A stretch of DNA of 64,000 nucleotides from Pseudomonadota bacterium (GTDB lineage Bacteria > Pseudomonadota > Gammaproteobacteria > Burkholderiales > Nitrosomonadaceae). The first letter of the stretch is position 1. Every line of letters starts with the position of its first letter. The stretch is taken from contig JAFEGA010000003.1 in the NCBI GenBank assembly GCA_018240285.1, forward strand, positions 18,097-82,096, in the 5' to 3' direction. The notes beneath the pieces were generated by a model. It worked only from the letters and a program-made list of their open reading frames with translations, was not told where the DNA came from and ran no database searches. Both the position numbers and the translations under genes were made by a program. Shown in pieces: positions 28,894 through 39,113 of the stretch.

Positions 28894-30381
28894 ATGACAA
28901 ATACAAACGTGGGAGATTCGGTTTCAACGCTTATTATTCCGGTTGAGAGTCAGGTACGTGAACTGGACGCCAAAATTCTTTTGGCGTGTTTCGCAGCCGA
29001 ACGTGGCTTTCCAGTATTGATCGGTTCACGGGCTTTTACGCATTTTCAGGTGGCGTCCATCCCGCGTGGCGTTTATCTCGCTAAAAGCATGCGCAGTCTC
29101 AGCAGTTCAATGTTCAAGGCGTTACGTCAATTGGGCCATGAAATTGTTGCCTGGGAAGAAGAAGCGCTGGTGCATCCGCCTGCCGATACCTATTTTACAC
29201 TGCGGCTTTCTCCGCAAACGATCAATAAAGTGTCGCATGTCTTCGCCTGGGGGCGAGAAAATGTCGATTTAATGCAGCAATACCCCGACCTGCCGCAGAA
29301 TCTGCCGATTCACATTACGGGCAATCCGCGCGGCGATATGCTGAGACCGGAATTACGTCCGTTTTTCGATCCCGAAGTTAAAAAGTTGCGCGATCGATAT
29401 GGCGATTTCATTCTGATCAACACGAATTTCAGCGATGTGAATCCTTTTATTCCCAGCATTGGCTTATTTCAGGGCACAAAGGATTCCGATAAGACGGCGC
29501 GCCGCGGTCAAGCGGGAATCGGTATGAGTCTTGAATTTGCCGAAGGTTTGCGCGATCACAAATTAGCGATACTGGAAGATTTCAAACAATTGATTCCGGC
29601 GCTCGAACGGGCATTTCCCGATATGACTATCGTTGTCCGTCCGCACCCCAGCGAGAGCAATCAAATTTATCAGGATCTCGCCGCGCGCAGCGATCGGATC
29701 GTAATCAACAAGGAAGGTAACGTCATCCCTTGGTTGCTGGCGGCGAAGGCACTGGTGCACAACGGCTGCACAACAGGCTTGGAGGCCTATGTTCTCGGCG
29801 TTCCGGCAGTTTCCTATCTGGCGACATTGAATAAGCTTTATGACTATGATTTTCAGGGATTGCCGACAAAACTCAGTTATCAGTGCTTCAATTTTGAAGA
29901 GCTGCGGGAGATATTGAACCGGATCCTGGCAGGGGAACTCGGCGGCGCTGGCGGCGAAGAGCGCCAGGCCCTGATCGATTATTATCTGGCGGCACAGAAA
30001 GGCCCCTTGGCATGCGAACGCATTATCGATGTGCTGGAATCCAGCGGTTATTCTAAAAACCACCCGCCGCCCAGCCCACTGAGCACTTTTGCACAAGGGT
30101 GGTTATTCGTAAAAATTAAAGCGGCATTGACCAATCTCTACATGCGCCGTCCCGGACCCAACCGGTTGGCTTATCACGATCATCGTTTTCCGGAAATTTC
30201 AGTAGCTGATCTGGAGCAAAAGATCACCCGTTTTGGCCAGCTTCTGAATCGTTTTGATACGATCAAAATCGAACAACACTCAAAGCATCTTTTCATGATT
30301 CGTTCCCAATACGGAAGAAAAATGCCGCAAACCGCGCCTGCGGCGGAAATCAGTGAAAATTTCCGCGCTGTAAAAGAGTGA
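28894..30381 (+). CDS. Surface carbohydrate biosynthesis protein (TIGR04396-like, GT-B-type fold)
   Basis: IPVESQVRELDAKILLA, WEEEALV, TGNPRGDMLR, ILINTNF, VRPHPSE, VHNGCTTGLEA; start ATG 28894. Confidence 0.75.
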   Translation: MTNTNVGDSVSTLIIPVESQVRELDAKILLACFAAERGFPVLIGSRAFTHFQVASIPRGVYLAKSMRSLSSSMFKALRQLGHEIVAWEEEALVHPPADTYFTLRLSPQTINKVSHVFAWGRENVDLMQQYPDLPQNLPIHITGNPRGDMLRPELRPFFDPEVKKLRDRYGDFILINTNFSDVNPFIPSIGLFQGTKDSDKTARRGQAGIGMSLEFAEGLRDHKLAILEDFKQLIPALERAFPDMTIVVRPHPSESNQIYQDLAARSDRIVINKEGNVIPWLLAAKALVHNGCTTGLEAYVLGVPAVSYLATLNKLYDYDFQGLPTKLSYQCFNFEELREILNRILAGELGGAGGEERQALIDYYLAAQKGPLACERIIDVLESSGYSKNHPPPSPLSTFAQGWLFVKIKAALTNLYMRRPGPNRLAYHDHRFPEISVADLEQKITRFGQLLNRFDTIKIEQHSKHLFMIRSQYGRKMPQTAPAAEISENFRAVKE

Positions 30382-30418
30382 GTGTGATAAGACGAACAAG
30401 GCGTTCCCGGATTAAGTC

Positions 30419-31204
30419 ATGAAAAAAATTTTTCATCGGTACTTTTATAAAAGACCGATCCGTAATCTCGCGACGCAGATCAAGTCAGTGGTTGATTCTC
30501 TGGACGGTTCGGTGCCGGTACTGATCGTGTCTTATAATAACGGCGTTTACGTCGACCATTGTGTGCGGCAACTCAACACCCGTTCCATTAAACCGGTCAT
30601 TATCGACAATGCTTCCAAGGACGCCGAGACGCTCGCCATTCTTTCCGGGATCGCTGCGGCAAAAAGCGCTTTCGTCGTGCGATCAGCGGTTAACATGGGT
30701 GCGCGCGTAGGGTTTCAAGGACCGGTGTACGATGTTTTGCCGGATATATTCGGTTATACCGATCCGGACCTGCTGTTTAACCGGCACTTACCGGCGGATT
30801 TCATCCAGCAGCTGACGGATGTTTGCGATCGTTTCAAATGCTTCAAGGCCGGCTTTGCTCTGCCTTACCAGGTTGAATACAGTTTGACCGATCGCCGTAT
30901 GAAATCAAGCTTGGGCAATATCGTTCCTTTCGATAGACTCGTGACGGTGCCCCAATGGGAGTCGCGCTTTTGGCGTAAACCGCTCAAGCATGATCGGTTG
31001 GAAGTGTATGCCGCGCCTATCGATACAACGTTTGCGATTTATTGCAAAAAATACTATAACGGAGATTTTTTCGATGCCGTGCGCGTTGCCGGGGATTTTT
31101 CCGCGTTGCACATGCCGTGGTTTCCTGATTTGGATCTGCTGTCACCACAGCACCGCTCAGCTTACCTGAAAGGCAATAAATCATCGACTTGGGTCACCAA
31201 TTAG
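30419..31204 (+). CDS. Glycosyltransferase family 2-like protein
   Basis: LIVSYNN, IIDNAS, YTDPD (DxD) and APIDTTFA motifs. Confidence 0.65.
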   Translation: MKKIFHRYFYKRPIRNLATQIKSVVDSLDGSVPVLIVSYNNGVYVDHCVRQLNTRSIKPVIIDNASKDAETLAILSGIAAAKSAFVVRSAVNMGARVGFQGPVYDVLPDIFGYTDPDLLFNRHLPADFIQQLTDVCDRFKCFKAGFALPYQVEYSLTDRRMKSSLGNIVPFDRLVTVPQWESRFWRKPLKHDRLEVYAAPIDTTFAIYCKKYYNGDFFDAVRVAGDFSALHMPWFPDLDLLSPQHRSAYLKGNKSSTWVTN

Positions 31205-31336
31205 ATTGTGATTCCTTGGAGCTGAGGTAAATGTAAAACGGTTTCTTTATACAGAGTATGGATGTAGCGCATAACCGCCAGTTTTTGCTGGTATTTAGTT
31301 TATCAATAAATTAATAATGGAATAACCGGAAATTTT

Positions 31337-32215
31337 ATGAAAGTACCTAAGGTAATTGCCGAAATCGGTTGTAATCATAAAGGTGACATGGAAATCGCCA
31401 GGGAAATGATCGGAATTGCAGCGACATTTGCGAAATGCGATTTTGTAAAGTTCCAGAAGCGCTCCAACAGGGAACTGCTGACGCCGGAAGAATATAATGC
31501 ACCGCATCCCAATGCGCAGAACAGCTATGGCGATACTTATGGCGCACATCGGGAATTTTTGGAATTTGACGTCGATCAGCACCGGCAATTGCAGCAATAC
31601 TGCAAGGAGTTCGGTATCGGTTACTCAACCTCCGTGTGGGATCTGACTTCGGCGCAGCAAATTGCCGGACTCAACCCTGTGTTCATCAAAATACCTTCCG
31701 CGTGCAATCTCAATTTCCCGATGCTCGAATTTCTCGCCAGAGATTATCGCGGTGACATTCACATCTCCGTCGGTATGACCACGCATGAGGAGCAAGAACA
31801 AATCGTACAATTGATGGAAAAATGCAATGCCGCCGAGCGCGTTGTTTTATATGCCTGTACTTCCGGTTATCCCGTTCCATTTGATCAAGTGTGCTTGCTT
31901 GAGCTGCAAACGCTGAATAAGCGCTTCGGTTCGCGCATCAAGGAAATTGGATTTTCCGGGCATCATTTGGGAATTGCCGTCGATATCGCGGCGGTTGCGT
32001 TGGGTGCGTCCTGGATTGAGCGTCATTTCACCCTGGATCGCACCTGGAAGGGAACCGATCATGCGGCATCGTTGGAACCGGATGGTCTGCGCCGTCTGGT
32101 GCGGGATGTGCACGCTGTTTCTCAGGCGCTGACCTTCAAGGATGCGCCGATACTGGCAATCGAAGCACCGCAGCGCGCCAAGCTGAAACGGGTGCAGGGG
32201 GTACATTTCAACTGA
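31337..32215 (+). CDS. Short NeuB-family nonulosonate(-9-phosphate) synthase lacking the SAF/AFP domain
   Basis: IAEIGCNHKG, VKFQKR, IKIPSA, GFSGHH, ERHFTLD...DHAASLEP; 292 aa. Confidence 0.9.
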   Translation: MKVPKVIAEIGCNHKGDMEIAREMIGIAATFAKCDFVKFQKRSNRELLTPEEYNAPHPNAQNSYGDTYGAHREFLEFDVDQHRQLQQYCKEFGIGYSTSVWDLTSAQQIAGLNPVFIKIPSACNLNFPMLEFLARDYRGDIHISVGMTTHEEQEQIVQLMEKCNAAERVVLYACTSGYPVPFDQVCLLELQTLNKRFGSRIKEIGFSGHHLGIAVDIAAVALGASWIERHFTLDRTWKGTDHAASLEPDGLRRLVRDVHAVSQALTFKDAPILAIEAPQRAKLKRVQGVHFN

Positions 32216-33381
32216 TGCGCTGGGTTGCTTTTATGCCGCTGCGCGCCAATTCAAAATCCATCGTCGATAAAAATGTGCGTGCTATCGCAGGGCGGCCACT
32301 GTTTGCATGGAGTCTGGAACAAGCGATTGCCTCGCAGTGTTTCGACGAAATTTACGTGGCATCCGATTCCGCAAGAATCCGCGAGAAAGTACTGAATGAA
32401 TTTCCGGCAGGGGTGACGGTGCTGGATCGCTCTGCCGAAACGTGCACCGACACGGCCAGCACGGAAAGCGCCATGCTCGAGTTCAAGCAACGCGCTGCTT
32501 TCGATGTGTTGTGTTTGATCCAGGCCACTTCGCCGCTCACGCGTGCGGAAGATTTCATTGCGGCTAAGCAGAAGTTTCAAAATGAACATCTCGATTCCTT
32601 GTTAACGGCGGTGGAATCCAAGCGGTTTTATTGGACCAGTGACGGTACGCCGATCAATTACGACCCGTTAAAGCGTCCGCGGCGCCAGGATTTTGCAGGG
32701 TGCATGATGGAAAATGGCGCTTTTTATTTCACCCGGCTGGAAATCCTTGAGGAATCCGGCAACCGGCTGGGCGGGCGTATCGGCATTCATGAAATGGCGC
32801 CGGAGACAGCGATCGAGATCGATGATGAAACCGACTGGATCATCGTTGAGCAGTTGTTGTTGCGGCAAAAGCTGATGAAGCACAGCGCATACGCCGGGCA
32901 AGTGAAAATACTGGTGCTGGATGTCGATGGCACCTTTACCGATGGCGGCATGTACTATGGGCCGGAGGGCGAGGCATTGAAAAAATTCAACACGCGCGAT
33001 GCGCATGGTTTGCAACTGCTGCGCAAGAACGGCATCGGTGTTTGCGTCATGAGCAGCGAAAACAGCCCCGCCGTTGCGGCGCGAATGAAAAAACTCGGCA
33101 TCGAGGAATACTATCCGGGCGTCAACGACAAACTTGCGCAATTGAGAGAACTGGCAAGCCGCAAGGGGATTGCGTTGCAAGACATTGCTTATATCGGTGA
33201 CGATCTGTGCGATTTGGCCTGTCTCGAGCATGTAGGTTTTGCCTGTTGCCCGGCCGATGCAGTGCCGGAAGTTTTGCAAAAAGCCCGTTATGTTTGCGAA
33301 CATTCCGCCGGCCACGGCGCCGTGCGTGAAGTTTGCGATCTTATTGTAAAAATCAAAAATTCCGGCCGGATTACTGCGTAG
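32215..33381 (+). CDS. CMP-nonulosonate cytidylyltransferase fused to a KdsC-like HAD phosphatase
   Basis: PLRANSKSIVDKN, LIQATSP, ENGAFY, EIDD; then LDVDGTFTDG, FNTRD, YIGDDLCD, ADA...GGHGAVRE-type tail. Confidence 0.92.
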   Translation: MRWVAFMPLRANSKSIVDKNVRAIAGRPLFAWSLEQAIASQCFDEIYVASDSARIREKVLNEFPAGVTVLDRSAETCTDTASTESAMLEFKQRAAFDVLCLIQATSPLTRAEDFIAAKQKFQNEHLDSLLTAVESKRFYWTSDGTPINYDPLKRPRRQDFAGCMMENGAFYFTRLEILEESGNRLGGRIGIHEMAPETAIEIDDETDWIIVEQLLLRQKLMKHSAYAGQVKILVLDVDGTFTDGGMYYGPEGEALKKFNTRDAHGLQLLRKNGIGVCVMSSENSPAVAARMKKLGIEEYYPGVNDKLAQLRELASRKGIALQDIAYIGDDLCDLACLEHVGFACCPADAVPEVLQKARYVCEHSAGHGAVREVCDLIVKIKNSGRITA

Positions 33382-33444
33382 GTATGCGCCATCGGTCACT
33401 TGTCGAATGAATAATGGTTGTGCTGGTTCCTCACAAAAAATGAC

Positions 33445-34725
33445 ATGAGAGCACTCTTCTTTCTTCGTCATTACAACGATATCGATCATATCACCCCGGT
33501 TATTTTCAAATGGGTCAAATCCGGTCATGTTTGCGATGTGGTGCTGATCGGTCATCGCACTATCCGTAACGATTACCGCATTGAGTTCCTGCGCAAGCTG
33601 CCGGACGTGCGGGTGGCGCATATCCGTGATGTATTGACGCCGTTGCAATATCTGTTGTGGCGGCTGCAAACGTTGTTATTGTCACCGGGCATGAAGCGCT
33701 CGTTGCTAAAACCTTTGGCACAGAAAGCGATTGAAATTTACGGTACCGGAAACCGGCAGAAAGTTTGGCGCGATACGGCCGGAAAAGTGCTGGAGAGAAG
33801 TTTTACCGGTAGCGGCAAAGGTGTGGTTGTATTCGACTGGGTGACCCGGAATTCCCCGGTGTGCATCGAGTGGGTCGAAACCGTTATTGCCATGGCGCAC
33901 GATAGAGGCCTTGGCGCGGTTTCACTGCCGCACGGTGATAGTCCGCACGCCAATCACCTGATCCGGCGCGGTGAGTGGAAATTGCAGCCGGATACCATGT
34001 ATTCCGCCGGTTGTTTATTCGATAAAGTCGTGGTGCCGAATGAATTGTGCGCTGTGCGTTTCCGGCCTTTCATGCAACCACAATCGATCGCAGTGCTGGG
34101 GTCGCCACGTTACTGCACCGAATGGCTGGATAAATTGGCGGTATTACAACCGCCTTCACCGCTCGCACGTTCCGCTAGCCGCCTTAAATTGGTCATCTTC
34201 TTGCGCAAAAGCGATTTCACCACATTCTGGGAAGAAGTCGGTGAAGTGGTGCAGATGATCGCGGCTTTTCCCGGTGTTGAAATCATCATCAAACCGCACA
34301 CCCGCGGCGGCTGGCGTCAGCCTCTGACACGAAATGCGGTCATTTTACGTTTGCCGAATGTAAGCATCGCGGCAGATGATGTACACTCCGTTCATTTATT
34401 GAATTGGGCGGATGTCGTCATGGATCTCGCAACTTCGGTTGTTTTTGAGGCAGTTGTCGCAGGAAAACCAGTGCTGGCGGCGGATTATCTGCACGCGGGC
34501 CGCTCCGTTGTGGCCGACTATATGCCCGAAACCGAATTGCGCTGCCGCGATGATGTATACCAAAGAATCGGCGAGTTGATATCGTCAGGTTGCGGTTCAT
34601 TTTACGATGAAGAACACCGGCAGCGTTTTCTCAAGGAAATTATCCATGGTTGCGGAGATGAGGATGTTTTACCGCGCTATGTAGCACTACTGGAAGAAAG
34701 TTGCCGCCTCCGCGAAATACGGTAA
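33445..34725 (+). CDS. Hypothetical GT-B-like protein, candidate nonulosonate transferase
   Basis: NDIDHITP, LPHG, GSPRY, IKPHTR, TSVVFEA motifs like polysaccharide transferases; follows the CMP synthetase; start ATG 33445. Confidence 0.55.
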   Translation: MRALFFLRHYNDIDHITPVIFKWVKSGHVCDVVLIGHRTIRNDYRIEFLRKLPDVRVAHIRDVLTPLQYLLWRLQTLLLSPGMKRSLLKPLAQKAIEIYGTGNRQKVWRDTAGKVLERSFTGSGKGVVVFDWVTRNSPVCIEWVETVIAMAHDRGLGAVSLPHGDSPHANHLIRRGEWKLQPDTMYSAGCLFDKVVVPNELCAVRFRPFMQPQSIAVLGSPRYCTEWLDKLAVLQPPSPLARSASRLKLVIFLRKSDFTTFWEEVGEVVQMIAAFPGVEIIIKPHTRGGWRQPLTRNAVILRLPNVSIAADDVHSVHLLNWADVVMDLATSVVFEAVVAGKPVLAADYLHAGRSVVADYMPETELRCRDDVYQRIGELISSGCGSFYDEEHRQRFLKEIIHGCGDEDVLPRYVALLEESCRLREIR

Positions 34726-34732
34726 TGAATCC

Positions 34733-35797
34733 ATGGAAAATCCGGAAACGCAAGCCACTGCCAAGACTGTTGACGTCGTAATTCCGGTTTATAACGCACC
34801 GGAATTGACGAAGCGGTGTATCGATTCAATCGTTACTCACCTGGGAAAATCCATACAGCGCGTGCTCATTCAGGATGATGCATCCGGCTGTGAAACGCGT
34901 GAGATGCTGGACCATCTGCCGTATCCCTGCGTCGAAGTTTGTCATGCGGAAAAAAACCAGGGATTTGGTTTGACGGTCAATGCGGCCGTTGGCCGTTCGA
35001 ATGCTTTTTATGTGCTGATTTTAAACTCCGATACCGAAGTCAATCAGAACATTCTGCCGCAACTCTGCGCGGCATTCGATGCCGACGATAAACTGGCGGC
35101 CATCATTCCGGCGGGCAACAGCTATAACCGTTTCGATTTCAGCCGCTACGCATTGCACGAGGGAAATTATATTCAGACTTACTATCTTCGTGGCCATGCC
35201 ATTCTGATCCGCCGCGACGCCTTCTTGGCAGTTGGCGGCTTCGATGCCACATTCGGCCGCGGATACTACGAAGATATCGACCTTGGCCGCCGCCTCGATT
35301 TGAACGGCTGGCGTTTTGGCGTTCACCCCAACGTTCATATTTATCATAAAGGCGCAGGATCGTTCGGCGAGGATCGCATCCAACTGGCGCGGCGGAATCG
35401 TGCCGTGTACTTGTCGCGCTATCCCGAAGCGCAACAAAATATTCTATTGCTTTCGGGCAATTGCGCGCTGGCGGATTTCAATGAAGATTTTCTTCAAGCC
35501 ATTGAGCAAAGATTCCATGCCGGCGGGTCCGTTCATTGGTTTTCGCCGGCACAACCTTCCCATTTGAGCTGCTTACAAATGCATGGCTACGCTGCGCGGC
35601 TAAGAATGATATTGAAAGTATTATCACGCGGCTGGCAGCGCGCCGACAGACGCGTGACAGAAATATGGATCGCACCGGGCGCTCCCTTTTTTTTGCGCGC
35701 ACTGCTGACTGTTTGGGCTCATTGGCAGAATCTTAAGATCTTGGTATTTAAAGAGGCTATGACGCAAGATCCTGCTACCAAACTCAGAGTAAAATGA
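34733..35797 (+). CDS. Glycosyltransferase family 2 protein
   Basis: VVIPVYN, QDDAS, NQGFG..VN, ILNSD, FGRGYYEDIDL. Confidence 0.88.
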   Translation: MENPETQATAKTVDVVIPVYNAPELTKRCIDSIVTHLGKSIQRVLIQDDASGCETREMLDHLPYPCVEVCHAEKNQGFGLTVNAAVGRSNAFYVLILNSDTEVNQNILPQLCAAFDADDKLAAIIPAGNSYNRFDFSRYALHEGNYIQTYYLRGHAILIRRDAFLAVGGFDATFGRGYYEDIDLGRRLDLNGWRFGVHPNVHIYHKGAGSFGEDRIQLARRNRAVYLSRYPEAQQNILLLSGNCALADFNEDFLQAIEQRFHAGGSVHWFSPAQPSHLSCLQMHGYAARLRMILKVLSRGWQRADRRVTEIWIAPGAPFFLRALLTVWAHWQNLKILVFKEAMTQDPATKLRVK

Positions 35798-35925
35798 AAA
35801 AGTGGTATGGTTTTTATTCCCGCTGAAGTGGGATTCCTATACCGGGCCGTTGTGACTTCCTCAACAAGCGTTCTTGGAAAAAAGCAAAGAACCATTGGTT
35901 GACCGATAATCTCTGGCAAACAGAG

Positions 35926-36717
35926 TCATCGGGTTGTGGTGCTCCCCTGCTCCCGGTGCTTCTTGATCAGATCGTAGGCAGTTTGCACTTCCTGGGCTTG
36001 CTCGGTTGCTACCGCGATCATATCCTCCGGCACACCCTGCCCCATCAGTTTATCCGGATGATATTGACTCATCAGTTTGCGGTACGCGCGTTTGATTTCC
36101 TGATCGGTGCTGTCTTTACTGACGCCCAGTGCTTTGTAGGCATCGTCGAGAGCATTGGCCGAGCTGGCGCCGCCCGCGGCAAAGTGCATTTGGTTCATCA
36201 CCATGTCGAGCAATTGCTCGAATGCCGCCGGGTGATAATCCAAGCGGCCGGCGATGACGCGCAACAGATCTTCTTCGGCAGTATTCAATTGCCCGTCGGA
36301 TAACCCCATGATAATGAGATACACCAGCAGCATCTGCCGAAGATTGCGGGAATGGCCGCATACGGCGAGGAATTCGTTGAGTTGCGGATGAATATCGTAA
36401 TCCGGGGAAGCACCTTGCTTGAACAGCGCGATGGCTTTCAACCGGTGTTCGCGCGTCATACGCAGTTTATGCATGAACTGCTCGACGTGCGACACTTCAC
36501 TTTCGGATACCCGGCCGTCCGCCTTGGCCAGTTTTCCCATGAAAATAAAAACGGTTTCCAAAAAAACCACCTGACGGCGTGCGGCATTGAACGGATTGAC
36601 CCCACCGGGGCCGTAAGCCACCAGCCGGTCAATCACACTACCGCCGATCAGGCCGAGAATAAGACCGAAAAAACCCAGCGCCCAAAAACCGAATATCGCC
36701 CCCAGTAGTTTGAACAT
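35926..36717 (-). CDS. djlA: Co-chaperone DjlA
   Basis: N-terminal TM, TerB-like KLAKADGRVSESE, C-terminal J domain with YHPDK. Confidence 0.92.
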   Translation of the reverse strand: MFKLLGAIFGFWALGFFGLILGLIGGSVIDRLVAYGPGGVNPFNAARRQVVFLETVFIFMGKLAKADGRVSESEVSHVEQFMHKLRMTREHRLKAIALFKQGASPDYDIHPQLNEFLAVCGHSRNLRQMLLVYLIIMGLSDGQLNTAEEDLLRVIAGRLDYHPAAFEQLLDMVMNQMHFAAGGASSANALDDAYKALGVSKDSTDQEIKRAYRKLMSQYHPDKLMGQGVPEDMIAVATEQAQEVQTAYDLIKKHREQGSTTTR

Positions 36718-36764
36718 GGCGATTTCCCGTCAACAATCAGGTGTAAAAGCAGCGTAACCGGTCA

Positions 36765-37007
36765 TCAAGCTTGTTTTGCCCATTGTTCCGGTGTCAGCGT
36801 CTTCATCGACAGCGCGTGAATTTCTTGTTTCATTTTGTCGCCGAGCGATTTGTACACCATCTGATGTTGCTGCACGGTGTTTTTACCTTGAAATTGCGCA
36901 CTGACGATCAGCGCTTGGAAATGGCGGCCGTCATCGCCTTCCACCTGCACGTGTTCACACGGTAATGCCGCTTCAATATAAGTTTTTACGTTTTCTGCTG
37001 TAAGCAT
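36765..37007 (-). CDS. BolA/IbaG family protein
   Basis: GDDGRHFQALIVS..F.G...QQHQMVY...IHALSMKT. Confidence 0.93.
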   Translation of the reverse strand: MLTAENVKTYIEAALPCEHVQVEGDDGRHFQALIVSAQFQGKNTVQQHQMVYKSLGDKMKQEIHALSMKTLTPEQWAKQA

Positions 37008-37053
37008 TTCAATTCTCCTTCACGCATGATGGTCATGCAAAACAAATGTAACG

Positions 37054-37809
37054 TTAATGGCGCAATTTATAGCCGGTTTTAAGCATCCGTATGGTCAACA
37101 TGGAAATGGCCACCAGGCATATTGCCACAATCAACAGGCTAAGATAAGGCGAAATATCCGATACGCCGAAGAAGCCGTAGCGGAATCCGTCGATCATATA
37201 AAAAAACGGATTGAGGTGAGAAAAAAACTGCCAACCTGCGGGCAGCGAATGAATGGTATAAAACACACCGGATAAGAAAGTCAGCGGCAAAATGATAAAG
37301 TTCTGGAAAGCCGCCAGTTGATCGAATTTATCCGCCCAGATACCGGCAATCAACCCCAATGCGCCCAGTATCGCGCTGCCCAACACGACAAACAGCAAAG
37401 ACCAGACCGGCAGCATCAGCGGGATGTCGAAAAACACCAGTGTCACCAGATAAACACCCAAACCGACCAGCAGTCCGCGCACGATAGAGGCGATGATGTA
37501 TGCAAAGAATATGGCGTGATACGACAACGGAGACAGCAGGATAAACACGATATTGCCGCTGATTTTCGACTGAATCATGCTGGATGAAGCGTTGGCAAAG
37601 GCATTTTGAATGATCGCCATCATCACCAGTCCGGGAATCAGGAAGGTGGTGTACGCCACGCCCGGATACACTTCCACATGCGCTTCCAGCACGTGAAAGA
37701 AAATCAGCAAGTACAGCAACGTGGAAACCATAGGCGCGATGATTGTCTGGAAACCGACTTTCCAGAAGCGCAGCAACTCCTTATACAGCAACGTAAAAAA
37801 TCCGGTCAT
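37054..37809 (-). CDS. yadH: ABC-2 transporter permease (YadH-like)
   Basis: KELLRFWKV, PGLVMM...NAF, PLTFLSGVFY, NPFFYMIDGFRYG. Confidence 0.85.
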   Translation of the reverse strand: MTGFFTLLYKELLRFWKVGFQTIIAPMVSTLLYLLIFFHVLEAHVEVYPGVAYTTFLIPGLVMMAIIQNAFANASSSMIQSKISGNIVFILLSPLSYHAIFFAYIIASIVRGLLVGLGVYLVTLVFFDIPLMLPVWSLLFVVLGSAILGALGLIAGIWADKFDQLAAFQNFIILPLTFLSGVFYTIHSLPAGWQFFSHLNPFFYMIDGFRYGFFGVSDISPYLSLLIVAICLVAISMLTIRMLKTGYKLRH

Positions 37810-38723
37810 TTTGCTTGATTACCGCCATTTTTCATCATACTGACAAAAACATCTTCCAAGTCGGGCTGTTGCAGGTGCATTTCCAGAATCTGGATTTGCG
37901 CAGACCGTAAAACCGACAGGATGGATTCGACTTGCGCGTAATGATCGATGTGCAATTCGGCCATGCCGCCGTCGTGCCGGATCTGCAACGGCTGCAGCTC
38001 GGCCGGCAAGGTATCGGGTTGCAATCGCAATTGCAACGATTTGCCGGTGGACATTGCACCGATCAGATTCTGCGTGCTATCCAGCGCGACAATTCTGCCT
38101 TCCTTCAGCATCGCCACGCGATTGCACAGAGTTTCCGCTTCCTCCAGATAGTGCGTGGTCAGCACGATGGTGTGGCCATTGCGGTTCAGCCGTTGAATAA
38201 AATCCCACAACGTTTGGCGCAACTCCACATCGACACCGGCAGTCGGTTCGTCCAGAATGATGACCGGCGGTTTGTGCACCAGCGCCTGCGCAACCAATAC
38301 GCGGCGTTTCATGCCGCCGGATAATGCCCGCATGTTGGCGTTCGCCTTATCCGTCAAATCCAGATGCTCGATGACTTCATCCACCCAGCGCGTGTTGTGC
38401 TTGATACCGTAGTAACCCGACTGAATCAGCAGTACTTCGCGCACTGTAAAAAAAGGATCAAAAACCAATTCCTGCGGCACCACACCCAGATTGCTGCGCG
38501 CTTGTTGGTATCGCGCGATGACATCGTGCCCCATCACACTCACCGAACCGCTGTCGGCCAACGATAAACCGGCAATGATGTTGATCAGCGTTGTTTTACC
38601 GGCGCCATTCGGCCCCAGCAGCGCAAAAAACTCGCCGCTGTGAATCTCTAGATCGATGCCGGACAAGGCATGCACGGCGCCAAAGCGCTTCGATACTTGC
38701 TTGACGGCGATAGCGGGCAACAT
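37806..38723 (-). CDS. yadG: ABC transporter ATP-binding protein (YadG-like)
   Basis: GPNGAGKTT, LSGGMKRR, LDEPTAGVD. Confidence 0.85.
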   Translation of the reverse strand: MLPAIAVKQVSKRFGAVHALSGIDLEIHSGEFFALLGPNGAGKTTLINIIAGLSLADSGSVSVMGHDVIARYQQARSNLGVVPQELVFDPFFTVREVLLIQSGYYGIKHNTRWVDEVIEHLDLTDKANANMRALSGGMKRRVLVAQALVHKPPVIILDEPTAGVDVELRQTLWDFIQRLNRNGHTIVLTTHYLEEAETLCNRVAMLKEGRIVALDSTQNLIGAMSTGKSLQLRLQPDTLPAELQPLQIRHDGGMAELHIDHYAQVESILSVLRSAQIQILEMHLQQPDLEDVFVSMMKNGGNQAK

Positions 38724-38768
38724 CGGATGAATAACTTAGAACCTTGAAAACAGCAACACTGCACCCGC

Positions 38769-39080
38769 TCAGGAAGCGGTTTGCAGTGTGACTTCGGATG
38801 CCGGGAGCGGAATGAGTTCCGTCAGCCCATATAATTGAATCAAGCTTTTAAGACTAGCGGGCATATTGATCACATGCAATACCTGATTGTTATTTCGCGT
38901 TGCACGCAACCATTCCAGCAGCATACTGACAATCGTGGAATCGACTTCGGTTACTTTATTCAAATCAATGGTAAGCGGTTGGTCATCGAACAATGCAATC
39001 CCTCGTTGTGTCAACAGCACAACGTTTTCGATCGTGACGGCGCCCTGTACAACTATGCTGTCACCTTCACGAAAGATCAT
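38769..39080 (-). CDS. mlaB: STAS-domain protein MlaB
   Basis: IDLNKVTEVDS...LLEWLR...LIQLYGL; position in the mla operon. Confidence 0.85.
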   Translation of the reverse strand: MIFREGDSIVVQGAVTIENVVLLTQRGIALFDDQPLTIDLNKVTEVDSTIVSMLLEWLRATRNNNQVLHVINMPASLKSLIQLYGLTELIPLPASEVTLQTAS

Positions 39081-39113
39081 TTGCACCAAAGAGTTCACTA
39101 CATTCAGCCGCTG

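Noticed and set aside
32668-33669. 333-aa antisense ORF, and similar long shadows such as 53107..53775, 5782..6261 and 127..588
   Set aside because: They lie opposite well-supported genes, have no motifs, and are expected from codon bias.
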